Both the position numbers and the translations under genes were made by a program. From Paragordius varius (Eukaryota > Animalia > Nematomorpha): a stretch of 64,000 nt of DNA. Below are positions 10,064 through 24,600 of this stretch, piece after piece; positions within the stretch are counted from its first letter, which is position 1; each line of letters begins with the position of its first letter. The DNA is taken from positions 496,001 to 560,000 of the forward strand of contig OZ176050.1 in assembly GCA_964247055.1 (NCBI GenBank). The letters run 5' to 3'. The notes below the pieces were generated by a model. The model did not search any database, was not told the DNA's origin, and worked only from the letters and a program-made list of their open reading frames with translations.

Positions 10064-13000
10064 GTAGCCCTATGGTAGTTCCATCATCACCCCAAATATT
10101 TTCGAGATCGGAGTATAAGTGTAATTTTTATGAATTTTTTAAATATTTAAAAAATTTATTTTATACGATTTTAAAAATAAAAATGGCTACCTAAAATCCA
10201 AATTTGATCAGGTGATGTCACTATAATTTTTTTTGGGTAGCCCTATGGTAGTTCCATCATCACCCCAAATATTTTCGAGATCGGAGTATAAATGTAATTT
10301 TTATGAATTTTTTAAATATTTAAAAAATTTATTTTATACGATTTTAAAAATAAAAATGGCTACCTAAAATCCAAATTTGATCAGGTGATGTCGCCATAAT
10401 TTTTTTTGGGTAGCCCTATGGTAGTTCCATCATCACCCCAAATATTTTAGGGATCGGACTATAAATGTAATTTTTATGAATTTTTTAAATATTTAAAAAA
10501 TTTATTTTATACGATTTTAAAAATAAAAATGGCTACCTAAAATCCAAATTTGATCACGTGATGTCACCATAATTTTTTTTGGGTAGCCCTATGGTAGTTT
10601 CATCATCACCCCAAATATTTTGGGGATCGGACTATAAATGTAATTTTTATGAATTTTTTAAATATTTAAAAAATTTATTTTATACGATTAAAATAAAAAT
10701 GGCTACCTAAAATCCAAATTTTATCAGGTGATGTCACCATAATTTTTTTTGGGTAGCCCTATGGTAGTTCCATCATCACGGAGTATAAATGTAATTTTTA
10801 TGAATTTTTTAAATATTTAAAAAATTTATTTTATACGATTTTAAAAATAAAAATGGCTGCCTAAAATCCAAATTTGATCAGGTGATGTCACCATAATTTT
10901 TTTTAGGTAGCCCTATGGTATTTCCATCATCACCCCAAATATTTTCGAGATCGGAGTATAAATGTAATTTTTATGAATTTTTTAAATATTTAAAAAATTT
11001 ATTTTATACGATTTTAAAAATAAAAATGGCTACCTAAAATCCAAATTTGATCAGGTGATGTCGCCATAATTTTTTTTGCGTAGTCCTATGGTAGTTCCAT
11101 TCACCCCAAATATTTTGGGGATCGGACTATAAATGTAATTTTTATGAATATTTAAAAAATTTATTTTATACGATTTTAAAAATAAAAATGGCTACCTAAA
11201 ATCCAAATTTGATCAGGTGATGTCACCATAATTTTTTTTGGGTAGCCCTATGGTAGTTCCATCATCACCCCAAATATTGTCGAGATCGGAGTATAAATGT
11301 AATTTTTTTGAATTTTTTAAATATTTAAAAAATTTATTTTATACGATTTTAAAAATAAAAATGGCTACCTAAAATCCAAATTTGATCAGGTGATGTCACC
11401 ATAATTTTTTTTGCGTAGCCCTATGGTAGTTCCATCATCACCCCAAATATTTTGGGGATCGGACTATAAATGTAATTTTTATGAATTTTTTAAATATTTA
11501 AAAAATTTATTTTATACGATTTTAAATATAAAAATGGCTACCTAAAATCCAAATTTGATCAGGTGATGTCGCCATAATTTTTTTTGGGTAGCGCTATGGT
11601 AGTTCCATCATAACCCCAAATATTTTTGAGATCGGACTTTAAATGTAATTTTTATGAATTTTTTAAATATTTAAAAAATTTATTTTATACGATTTTAAAA
11701 ATAAAAATGGCTACCTAAAATCCAAATTTGATCAGGTGATGTCGCCCTAATTTTTTTTGCGTAGTCCTATGGTAGTTCCATCATCACCCCAAATATTTTG
11801 GGGATCGGACTATAAATGTAATTTTTATGAATATTTAAAAAATTTATTTTATACGATTTTAAAAATAAAAATGGCTACCTAAAATCCAAATTTGATCAGG
11901 TGATGTCACCATAATTTTTTTTGCGTAGCCCTATAGTAGTTCCATCATCACCCCCTATATTTTGGGGATCGGAGTATAAATGTAATTTTTATGAATTTTT
12001 TAAATATTTAAAAAATTTATTTTATACGATTTTAAAAATAAAAATGGCTGCCTAAAATCCAAATTTGATCAGGTGATGTCGCCATAATTTTTTTTAGGTA
12101 GCCCTATTCCATCATCACCCCAAATATTTTGGGGATCGGACTATAAATGTAATTTTTATGAATTTTTTAAATATTTAAAAAATTTATTTTATACGATTTT
12201 AAAAATAAAAATGGCTACCTAAAATCCAAATTTGATCAGGTGATGTCGCCATAATTTTTTTTGGGTAGCGCTATGGTAGTTCCATCATAACCCCAAATAT
12301 TTTTGAGATCGGACTTTAAATGTAATTTTTATGAATTTTTTAAATATTTAAAAAATTTATTTTATACGATTTTAAAAATAAAAATGGCTACCTAAAATCC
12401 AAATTTGATCAGGTGATGTCACCATAATTTTTTTTGGGTAGCCCTATGGTAGTTCCATCATCACCCCAAATATTTTCGAGATCGGAGTATAAATGTAATT
12501 TTTATGAATTTTTTAAATATTTAAAAAATTTATTTTATACGATTTTAAAAATAAAAATGGCTACCTAAAATCCAAATTTGATCAGGTGATGTCGCCATAA
12601 TTTTTTTTGGGTAGCCCTATAGTAGTTCCATCATCACCCCAAATATTTTGGGGATCGGAGTATAAATGTAATTTTTATGAATTTTTTAAATATTTAAAAA
12701 ATTTATTTTATACGATTTTAAAAATAAAAATGGCTACCTAAAATCCAAATTTGATCAGGTGATGTCGCCATAATTTTTTTTGCGTAGTCCTATGGTAGTT
12801 CCATCATCACCCCAAATATTTTGGGGATCGGACTATAAATGTAATTTTTATGAATTTTTTAAATATTTAAAAAATTTATTTTATACGATTTTAAAAATAA
12901 AAATGGCTACCTAAAATCCAAATTTGATCAGGTGATGTCGCCATAATTTTTTTTGGGTAGCGCTATGGTAGTTCCATCATAACCCCAAATATTTTTGAGA

Positions 13001-16000
13001 TCGGACTTTAAATGTAATTTTTATGAATTTTTTAAATATTTAAAAAATTTATTTTATACGATTTTAAAAATAAAAATGGCTACCTAAAATCCAAATTTGA
13101 TCAGGTGATGTCACCATAATTTTTTTTGGGTAGCCCTATGGTAGTTCCATCATCACCCCAAATATTTTCGAGATCGGAGTATAAATGTAATTTTTATGAA
13201 TTTTTTAAATATTTAAAAAATTTATTTTATACGATTTTAAAAATAAAAATGGCTACCTAAAATCCAAATTTGATCAGGTGATGTCGCCATAATTTTTTTT
13301 GGGTAGCCCTATAGTAGTTCCATCATCACCCCCTATATTTTGGGGATCGGAGTATAAATGTAATTTTTATGAATTTTTTAAATATTTAAAAAATTTATTT
13401 TATACGATTTTAAAAATAAAAATGGCTGCCTAAAATCCAAATTTGATCATGTGATGTCGCCATAATTTTTTTTAGGTAGCCCTATTCCATCATCACCCCA
13501 AATATTTTGGGGATCGGACTATAAATGTAATTTTTATGAATTTTTTAAATATTTAAAAAATTTATTTTATACGATTTTAAAAATAAAAATGGCTACCTAA
13601 AATCCAAATTTGATCAGGTGATGTCGCCATAATTTTTTTTGGGTAGCGCTATGGTAGTTCCATCATAACCCCAAATATTTTTGAGATCGGACTTTAAATG
13701 TAATTTTTATGAATTTTTTAAATATTTAAAAATATTATTTTATACGATTTTAAAAATAAAAATGGCTACCTAAAATCCAAATTTGATCAGGTGATGTCGC
13801 CATAATTTTTTTTGGGTAGCCCTATGGTAGTTCCATCATCACCCCAAATATTTTAGGGATCGGACTATAAATGTAATTTTTATGAATTTTTTAAATATTT
13901 AAAAAATTTATTTTATACGATTTTAAAAATAAAAATGGCTACCTAAAATCCAAATTTGATCACGTGATGTCACCATAATTTTTTTTGGGTAGCCCTATGG
14001 TAGTTTCATCATCACCCCAAATATTTTGGGGATCGGACTATAAATGTAATTTTTATGAATTTTTTAAATATTTAAAAAATTTATTTTATACGATTAAAAT
14101 AAAAATGGCTACCTAAAATCCAAATTTTATCAGGTGATGTCACCATAATTTTTTTTGGGTAGCCCTATGGTAGTTCCATCATCACGGAGTATAAATGTAA
14201 TTTTTATGAATTTTTTAAATATTTAAAAAATTTATTTTATACGATTTTAAAAATAAAAATGGCTGCCTAAAATCCAAATTTGATCAGGTGATGTCACCAT
14301 AATTTTTTTTAGGTAGCCCTATGGTATTTCCATCATCACCCCAAATATTTTCGAGATCGGAGTATAAATGTAATTTTTATGAATTTTTTAAATATTTAAA
14401 AAATTTATTTTATACGATTTTAAAAATAAAAATGGCTACCTAAAATCCAAATTTGATCAGGTGATGTCGCCATAATTTTTTTTGCGTAGTCCTATGGTAG
14501 TTCCATCATCACCCCAAATATTTTGGGGATCGGACTATAAATGTAATTTTTATGAATATTTAAAAAATTTATTTTATACGATTTTAAAAATAAAAATGGC
14601 TACCTAAAATCCAAATTTGATCAGGTGATGTCACTATAATTTTTTTTGGGTAGCCCTATGGTAGTTCCATCATCACCCCAAATATTGTCGAGATCGGAGT
14701 ATAAATGTAATTTTTTTGAATTTTTTAAATATTTAAAAAATTTATTTTATACGATTTTAAAAATAAAAATGGCTACCTAAAATCCAAATTTGATCAGGTG
14801 ATGTCACCATAATTTTTTTTGCGTAGCCCTATGGTAGTTCCATCATCACCCCAAATATTTTGGGGATCGGACTATAAATGTAATTTTTATGAATTTTTTA
14901 AATATTTAAAAAATTTATTTTATACGATTTTAAAAATAAAAATGGCTACCTAAAATCCAAATTTGATCAGGTGATGTCGCCATAATTTTTTTTGGGTAGC
15001 GCTATGGTAGTTCCATCATAACCCCAAATATTTTTAAGATCGGACTTTAAATGTAATTTTTATGAATTTTTTAAATATTTAAAAAATTTATTTTATACGA
15101 TTTTAAAAATAAAAATGGCTACCTAAAATCCAAATTTGATCAGGTGATGTCACCATAATTTTTTTTGGGTAGCCCTATGGTAGTTCCATCATCACGGAGT
15201 ATAAATGTAATTTTTATGAATTTTTTAAATATTTAAAAAATTTATTTTATACGATTTTAAAAATAAAAATGGCTGCCTAAAATCCAAATTTGATCAGGTG
15301 ATGTCACCATAATTTTTTTTAGGTAGCCCTATGGTATTTCCATCATCACCCCAAATATTTTCGAGATCGGAGTATAAATGTAAATTTTATGAATTTTTTA
15401 AATATTTAAAAAATTTATTTTATACGATTTTAAAAATAAAAATGGCTACCTAAAATCCAAATTTGATCAGGTGATGTCGCCATAATTTTTTTTGCGTAGT
15501 CCTATGGTAGTTCCATCATCACCCCAAATATTTTGGGGATCGGACTATAAATGTAATTTTTATGAATATTTAAAAAATTTATTTTATACGATTTTAAAAA
15601 TAAAAATGGCTACCTAAAATCCAAATTTGATCAGGTGATGTCACCATAATTTTTTTTGGGTAGCCCTATGGTAGTTCCATCATCACCCCAAATATTGTCG
15701 AGATCGGAGTATAAATGTAATTTTTTTGAATTTTTTAAATATTTAAAAAATTTATTTTATACGATTTTAAAAATAAAAATGGCTACCTAAAATCCAAATT
15801 TGATCAGGTGATGTCACCATAATTTTTTTTGCGTAGCCCTATGGTAGTTCCATCATCACCCCAAATATTTTCGAGATCGGAGTATAAGTGTAATTTTTAT
15901 GAATTTTTTAAATATTTAAAAAATTTATTTTATACGATTTTAAAAATAAAAATGGCTACCTAAAATCCAAATTTGATCAGGTGATGTCACTATAATTTTT

Positions 16001-19000
16001 TTTGGGTAGCCCTATGGTAGTTCCATCATCACCCCAAATATTTTCGAGATCGGAGTATAAATGTAATTTTTATGAATTTTTTAAATATTTAAAAAATTTA
16101 TTTTATACGATTTTAAAAATAAAAATGGCTACCTAAAATCCAAATTTGATCAGGTGATGTCGCCATAATTTTTTTTGGGTAGCCCTATGGTAGTTCCATC
16201 ATCACCCCAAATATTTTAGGGATCGGACTATAAATGTAATTTTTATGAATTTTTTAAATATTTAAAAAATTTATTTTATACGATTTTAAAAATAAAAATG
16301 GCTACCTAAAATCCAAATTTGATCACGTGATGTCACCATAATTTTTTTTGGGTAGCCCTATGGTAGTTTCATCATCACCCCAAATATTTTGGGGATCGGA
16401 CTATAAATGTAATTTTTATGAATTTTTTAAATATTTAAAAAATTTATTTTATACGATTAAAATAAAAATGGCTACCTAAAATCCAAATTTTATCAGGTGA
16501 TGTCACCATAATTTTTTTTGGGTAGCCCTATGGTAGTTCCATCATCACGGAGTATAAATGTAATTTTTATGAATTTTTTAAATATTTAAAAAATTTATTT
16601 TATACGATTTTAAAAATAAAAATGGCTGCCTAAAATCCAAATTTGATCAGGTGATGTCACCATAATTTTTTTTAGGTAGCCCTATGGTATTTCCATCATC
16701 ACCCCAAATATTTTCGAGATCGGAGTATAAATGTAATTTTTATGAATTTTTTAAATATTTAAAAAATTTATTTTATACGATTTTAAAAATAAAAATGGCT
16801 ACCTAAAATCCAAATTTGATCAGGTGATGTCGCCATAATTTTTTTTGCGTAGTCCTATGGTAGTTCCATTCACCCCAAATATTTTGGGGATCGGACTATA
16901 AATGTAATTTTTATGAATATTTAAAAAATTTATTTTATACGATTTTAAAAATAAAAATGGCTACCTAAAATCCAAATTTGATCAGGTGATGTCACCATAA
17001 TTTTTTTTGGGTAGCCCTATGGTAGTTCCATCATCACCCCAAATATTGTCGAGATCGGAGTATAAATGTAATTTTTTTGAATTTTTTAAATATTTAAAAA
17101 ATTTATTTTATACGATTTTAAAAATAAAAATGGCTACCTAAAATCCAAATTTGATCAGGTGATGTCACCATAATTTTTTTTGCGTAGCCCTATGGTAGTT
17201 CCATCATCACCCCAAATATTTTGGGGATCGGACTATAAATGTAATTTTTATGAATTTTTTAAATATTTAAAAAATTTATTTTATACGATTTTAAAAATAA
17301 AAATGGCTACCTAAAATCCAAATTTGATCAGGTGATGTCGCCATAATTTTTTTTGGGTAGCGCTATGGTAGTTCCATCATAACCCCAAATATTTTTGAGA
17401 TCGGACTTTAAATGTAATTTTTATGAATTTTTTAAATATTTAAAAAATTTATTTTATACGATTTTAAAAATAAAAATGGCTACCTAAAATCCAAATTTGA
17501 TCAGGTGATGTCGCCCTAATTTTTTTTGCGTAGTCCTATGGTAGTTCCATCATCACCCCAAATATTTTGGGGATCGGACTATAAATGTAATTTTTATGAA
17601 TATTTAAAAAATTTATTTTATACGATTTTAAAAATAAAAATGGCTACCTAAAATCCAAATTTGATCAGGTGATGTCGCCCTAATTTTTTTTGCGTAGTCC
17701 TATGGTAGTTCCATCATCACCCCCTATATTTTGGGGATCGGAGTATAAATGTAATTTTTATGAATTTTTTAAATATTTAAAAAATTTATTTTATACGATT
17801 TTAAAAATAAAAATGGCTGCCTAAAATCCAAATTTGATCATGTGATGTCGCCATAATTTTTTTTAGGTAGCCCTATTCCATCATCACCCCAAATATTTTG
17901 GGGATCGGACTATAAATGTAATTTTTATGAATTTTTTAAATATTTAAAAAATTTATTTTATACGATTTTAAAAATAAAAATGGCTACCTAAAATCCAAAT
18001 TTGATCAGGTGATGTCGCCATAATTTTTTTTGGGTAGCGCTATGGTAGTTCCATCATAACCCCAAATATTTTTGAGATCGGACTTTAAATGTAATTTTTA
18101 TGAATTTTTTAAATATTTAAAAAATTTATTTTATACGATTTTAAAAATAAAAATGGCTACCTAAAATCCAAATTTGATCAGGTGATGTCACCATAATTTT
18201 TTTTGGGTAGCCCTATGGTAGTTCCATCATCACCCCAAATATTTTCGAGATCGGAGTATAAATGTAATTTTTATGAATTTTTTAAATATTTAAAAAATTT
18301 ATTTTATACGATTTTAAAAATAAAAATGGCTACCTAAAATCCAAATTTGATCAGGTGATGTCGCCATAATTTTTTTTGGGTAGCCCTATAGTAGTTCCAT
18401 CATCACCCCAAATATTTTGGGGATCGGAGTATAAATGTAATTTTTATGAATTTTTTAAATATTTAAAAAATTTATTTTATACGATTTTAAAAATAAAAAT
18501 GGCTACCTAAAATCCAAATTTGATCAGGTGATGTCGCCATAATTTTTTTTGCGTAGTCCTATGGTAGTTCCATCATCACCCCAAATATTTTGGGGATCGG
18601 ACTATAAATGTAATTTTTATGAATTTTTTAAATATTTAAAAAATTTATTTTATACGATTTTAAAAATAAAAATGGCTACCTAAAATCCAAATTTGATCAG
18701 GTGATGTCGCCATAATTTTTTTTGGGTAGCGCTATGGTAGTTCCATCATAACCCCAAATATTTTTGAGATCGGACTTTAAATGTAATTTTTATGAATTTT
18801 TTAAATATTTAAAAAATTTATTTTATACGATTTTAAAAATAAAAATGGCTACCTAAAATCCAAATTTGATCAGGTGATGTCACCATAATTTTTTTTGGGT
18901 AGCCCTATGGTAGTTCCATCATCACCCCAAATATTTTCGAGATCGGAGTATAAATGTAATTTTTATGAATTTTTTAAATATTTAAAAAATTTATTTTATA

Positions 19001-21600
19001 CGATTTTAAAAATAAAAATGGCTACCTAAAATCCAAATTTGATCAGGTGATGTCGCCATAATTTTTTTTGGGTAGCCCTATAGTAGTTCCATCATCACCC
19101 CCTATATTTTGGGGATCGGAGTATAAATGTAATTTTTATGAATTTTTTAAATATTTAAAAAATTTATTTTATACGATTTTAAAAATAAAAATGGCTGCCT
19201 AAAATCCAAATTTGATCATGTGATGTCGCCATAATTTTTTTTAGGTAGCCCTATTCCATCATCACCCCAAATATTTTGGGGATCGGACTATAAATGTAAT
19301 TTTTATGAATTTTTTAAATATTTAAAAAATTTATTTTATACGATTTTAAAAATAAAAATGGCTACCTAAAATCCAAATTTGATCAGGTGATGTCGCCATA
19401 ATTTTTTTTGGGTAGCGCTATGGTAGTTCCATCATAACCCCAAATATTTTTGAGATCGGACTTTAAATGTAATTTTTATGAATTTTTTAAATATTTAAAA
19501 AATTTATTTTATACGATTTTAAAAATAAAAATGGCTACCTAAAATCCAAATTTGATCAGGTGATGTCGCCATAATTTTTTTTGGGTAGCCCTATGGTAGT
19601 TCCATCATCACCCCAAATATTTTAGGGATCGGACTATAAATGTAATTTTTATGAATTTTTTAAATATTTAAAAAATTTATTTTATACGATTTTAAAAATA
19701 AAAATGGCTACCTAAAATCCAAATTTGATCACGTGATGTCACCATAATTTTTTTTGGGTAGCCCTATGGTAGTTTCATCATCACCCCAAATATTTTGGGG
19801 ATCGGACTATAAATGTAATTTTTATGAATTTTTTAAATATTTAAAAAATTTATTTTATACGATTAAAATAAAAATGGCTACCTAAAATCCAAATTTTATC
19901 AGGTGATGTCACCATAATTTTTTTTGGGTAGCCCTATGGTAGTTCCATCATCACGGAGTATATGTAATTTTTATGAATTTTTTAAATATTTAAAAAATTT
20001 ATTTTATACGATTTTAAAAATAAAAATGGCTGCCTAAAATCCAAATTTGATCAGGTGATGTCACCATAATTTTTTTTAGGTAGCCCTATGGTATTTCCAT
20101 CATCACCCCAAATATTTTCGAGATCGGAGTATAAATGTAATTTTTATGAATTTTTTAAATATTTAAAAAATTTATTTTATACGATTTTAAAAATAAAAAT
20201 GGCTACCTAAAATCCAAATTTGATCAGGTGATGTCGCCATAATTTTTTTTGCGTAGTCCTATGGTAGTTCCATCATCACCCCAAATATTTTGGGGATCGG
20301 ACTATAAATGTAATTTTTATGAATATTTAAAAAATTTATTTTATACGATTTTAAAAATAAAAATGGCTACCTAAAATCCAAATTTGATCAGGTGATGTCA
20401 CTATAATTTTTTTTGGGTAGCCCTATGGTAGTTCCATCATCACCCCAAATATTGTCGAGATCGGAGTATAAATGTAATTTTTTTGAATTTTTTAAATATT
20501 TAAAAAATTTATTTTATACGATTTTAAAAATAAAAATGGCTACCTAAAATCCAAATTTGATCAGGTGATGTCACCATAATTTTTTTTGCGTAGCCCTATG
20601 GTAGTTCCATCATCACCCCAAATATTTTGGGGATCGGACTATAAATGTAATTTTTATGAATTTTTTAAATATTTAAAAAATTTATTTTATACGATTTTAA
20701 AAATAAAAATGGCTACCTAAAATCCAAATTTGATCAGGTGATGTCGCCATAATTTTTTTTGGGTAGCGCTATGGTAGTTCCATCATAACCCCAAATATTT
20801 TTAAGATCGGACTTTAAATGTAATTTTTATGAATTTTTTAAATATTTAAAAAATTTATTTTATACGATTTTAAAAATAAAAATGGCTACCTAAAATCCAA
20901 ATTTGATCAGGTGATGTCACCATAATTTTTTTTGGGTAGCCCTATGGTAGTTCCATCATCACGGAGTATAAATGTAATTTTTATGAATTTTTTAAATATT
21001 TAAAAAATTTATTTTATACGATTTTAAAAATAAAAATGGCTGCCTAAAATCCAAATTTGATCAGGTGATGTCACCATAATTTTTTTTAGGTAGCCCTATG
21101 GTATTTCCATCATCACCCCAAATATTTTCGAGATCGGAGTATAAATGTAAATTTTATGAATTTTTTAAATATTTAAAAAATTTATTTTATACGATTTTAA
21201 AAATAAAAATGGCTACCTAAAATCCAAATTTGATCAGGTGATGTCGCCATAATTTTTTTTGCGTAGTCCTATGGTAGTTCCATCATCACCCCAAATATTT
21301 TGGGGATCGGACTATAAATGTAATTTTTATGAATATTTAAAAAATTTATTTTATACGATTTTAAAAATAAAAATGGCTACCTAAAATCCAAATTTGATCA
21401 GGTGATGTCACCATAATTTTTTTTGGGTAGCCCTATGGTAGTTCCATCATCACCCCAAATATTGTCGAGATCGGAGTATAAATGTAATTTTTTTGAATTT
21501 TTTAAATATTTAAAAAATTTATTTTATACGATTTTAAAAATAAAAATGGCTACCTAAAATCCAAATTTGATCAGGTGATGTCACCATAATTTTTTTTGCG
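10064..21600 (+). repeat. Tandem duplication of a 34-monomer, 5769-bp super-unit
   Basis: Markers recur at +5769: taagtgt 10119/15888, and the 19-bp deletion junction 10779/16548 and 14185/19954. The offset becomes +5767 after a private 2-bp deletion (15195/20962). 34x173 minus the summed deletions (113) = 5769. Confidence 0.88.
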
Positions 21601-24600
21601 TAGCCCTATGGTAGTTCCATCATCACCCCAAATATTTTGGGGATCGGACTATAAATGTAATTTTTATGAATATTTAAAAAATTTATTTTATACGATTTTA
21701 AAAATAAAAATGGCTACCTAAAATCCAAATTTGATCAGGTGATGTCACCATAATTTTTTTTGCGTAGCCCTATAGTAGTTCCATCATCACCCCTTATATT
21801 TTGGGGATCGGAGTATAAATGTAATTTTTATGAATTTTTTAAATATTTAAAAAATTTATTTTATACGATTTTAAAAATAAAAATGGCTGCCTAAAATCCA
21901 AATTTGATCATGTGATGTCGCCATAATTTTTTTTAGGTAGCCCTATTCCATCATCACCCCAAATATTTTGGGGATCGGACTATAAATGTAATTTTTATGA
22001 ATTTTTTAAATATTTAAAAAATTTATTTTATACGATTTTAAAAATAAAAATGGCTACCTAAAATCCAAATTTGATCAGGTGATGTCGCCATAATTTTTTT
22101 TGGGTAGCGCTATGGTAGTTCCATCATAACCCCAAATATTTTTGAGATCGGAGTATAAATGTAATTTTTATGAATTTTTTAAATATTTAAAAAATTTATT
22201 TTATACGATTTTAAAAATAAAAATGGCTACCTAAAATCCAAATTTGATCAGGTGATGTCGCCATAATTTTTTTTGGGTAGCCCTATAGTAGTTCCATCAT
22301 CACCCCAAATATTTTGGGGATCGGAGTATAAATGTAATTTTTATGAATTTTTTAAATATTTAAAAAATTTATTTTATACGATTTTAAAAATAAAAATGGC
22401 TACCTAAAATCCAAATTTGATCAGGTGATGTCGCCATAATTTTTTTTGCGTAGTCCTATGGTAGTTCCATCATCACCCCAAATATTTTGGGGATCGGACT
22501 ATAAATGTAATTTTTATGAATATTTAAAAAATTTATTTTATACGATTTTAAAAATAAAAATGGCTACCTAAAATCCAAATTTGATCAGGTGATGTCACCA
22601 TAATTTTTTTTGGGTAGCCCTATGGTAGTTCCATCATCACCCCAAATATTGTCGAGATCGGAGTATAAATGTAATTTTTTTGAATTTTTTAAATATTTAA
22701 AAAATTTATTTTATACGATTTTAAAAATCAAAATGGCTACCTAAAATCCAAATTTGATCAGGTGATGTCACCATAATTTTTTTTGGGTAGCGCTATGGTA
22801 GTTCCATCATAACCCCAAATCTTTTTGAGATCGGACTTTAAATGTAATTTTTATGAATTTTTTAAATATTTAAAAAATTTATTTTATACGATTTTAAAAA
22901 TAAAAATGACTACCTAAAATCCAAATTTGATCAGGTGATGTCGCCATAATTTTTTTGGGTAGCCCTATGGTAGTTCCATCATAACCCCAAATATTTTTGA
23001 GATCGGACTTTAAATGTAATTTTTATGAATTTTTTAAATATTTAAAAAATTTATTTTATACGATTTTAAAAATAAAAATGGCTACCTAAAATCCAAATTT
23101 GATCAGGTGATGTCACCATAATTTTTTTTGGGTAGCCCTATGGTAGTTCCATCATCACCCCAAATATTTTCGAGATCGGAGTATAAATGTAATTTTTATG
23201 AATTTTTTAAATATTTAAAAAATTTATTTTATACGATTTTAAAAATAAAAATGGCTACCTAAAATCCAAATTTGATCAGGTGATGTCACCATAATTTTTT
23301 TTGGGTAGCCCTATAGTAGTTCCATCATCACCCCAAATATTTTCGAGATCGGAGTATAAATGTAATTTTTATGAATTTTTTAAATATTTAAAAAATTTAT
23401 TTTATACGATTTTAAAAATAAAAATGGCTACCTAAAATCCAAATTTGATCAGGTGATGTCGCCACAATTTTTTTTGGGTAGCCCTATGGTAGTTCCATCA
23501 TCACCCCAAATATTTTCGAAATCGGAGTATAAATGTAATTTTTATGAATTTTTTAAATATTTAAAAAATTTATTTTATACGATTTTAAAAATAAAAATGG
23601 CTACCTAAAATCCAAATTTGATCAGGTGATGTCGCCACAATTTTTTTTGGGTAGCCCTATGGTAGTTCCATCATCACCCCAAATATTTTCGAGATCGGAG
23701 TATAAATGTAATTTTTATGAATTTTTTAAATATTTAAAAAATTTATTTTATACGATTTTAAAAATAAAAATGGCTACCTAAAATCCAAATTTGATCAGGT
23801 GATGTCACCATAATTTTTTTTGGGTAGCCCTATGGTAGTTCCATCATCACCCCAAATATTTTCGAGATCGGAGTATAAATGTAATTTTTATGAATTTTTT
23901 AAATATTTAAAAAATTTATTTTATACGATTTTAAAAATAAAAATGGCTACCTAAAATCCAAATTTGATCAGGTGATGTCACCATAATTTTTTTTGGGTAG
24001 CCCTATGGTAGTTCCATCATCACCCCAAATATTGTCGAGATCGGAGTATAAATGTAATTTTTTTGAATTTTTTAAATATTTAAAAAATTTATTTTATACG
24101 ATTTTAAAAATCAAAATGGCTACCTAAAATCCAAATTTGATCAGGTGATGTCACCATAATTTTTTTTGGGTAGCGCTATGGTAGTTCCATCATAACCCCA
24201 AATCTTTTTGAGATCGGACTTTAAATGTAATTTTTATGAATTTTTTAAATATTTAAAAAATTTATTTTATACGATTTTAAAAATAAAAATGACTACCTAA
24301 AATCCAAATTTGATCAGGTGATTTCGCCATAATTTTTTTGGGTAGCCCTATGGTAGTTCCATCATAACCCCAAATATTTTTGAGATCGGACTTTAAATGT
24401 AATTTTTATGAATTTTTTAAATATTTAAAAAATTTATTTTATACGATTTTAAAAATAAAAATGGCTACCTAAAATCCAAATTTGATCAGGTGATGTCACC
24501 ATAATTTTTTTTGGGTAGCCCTATGGTAGTTCCATCATCACGGAGTATAAATGTAATTTTTATGAATTTTTTAAATATTTAAAAAATTTATTTTATACGA

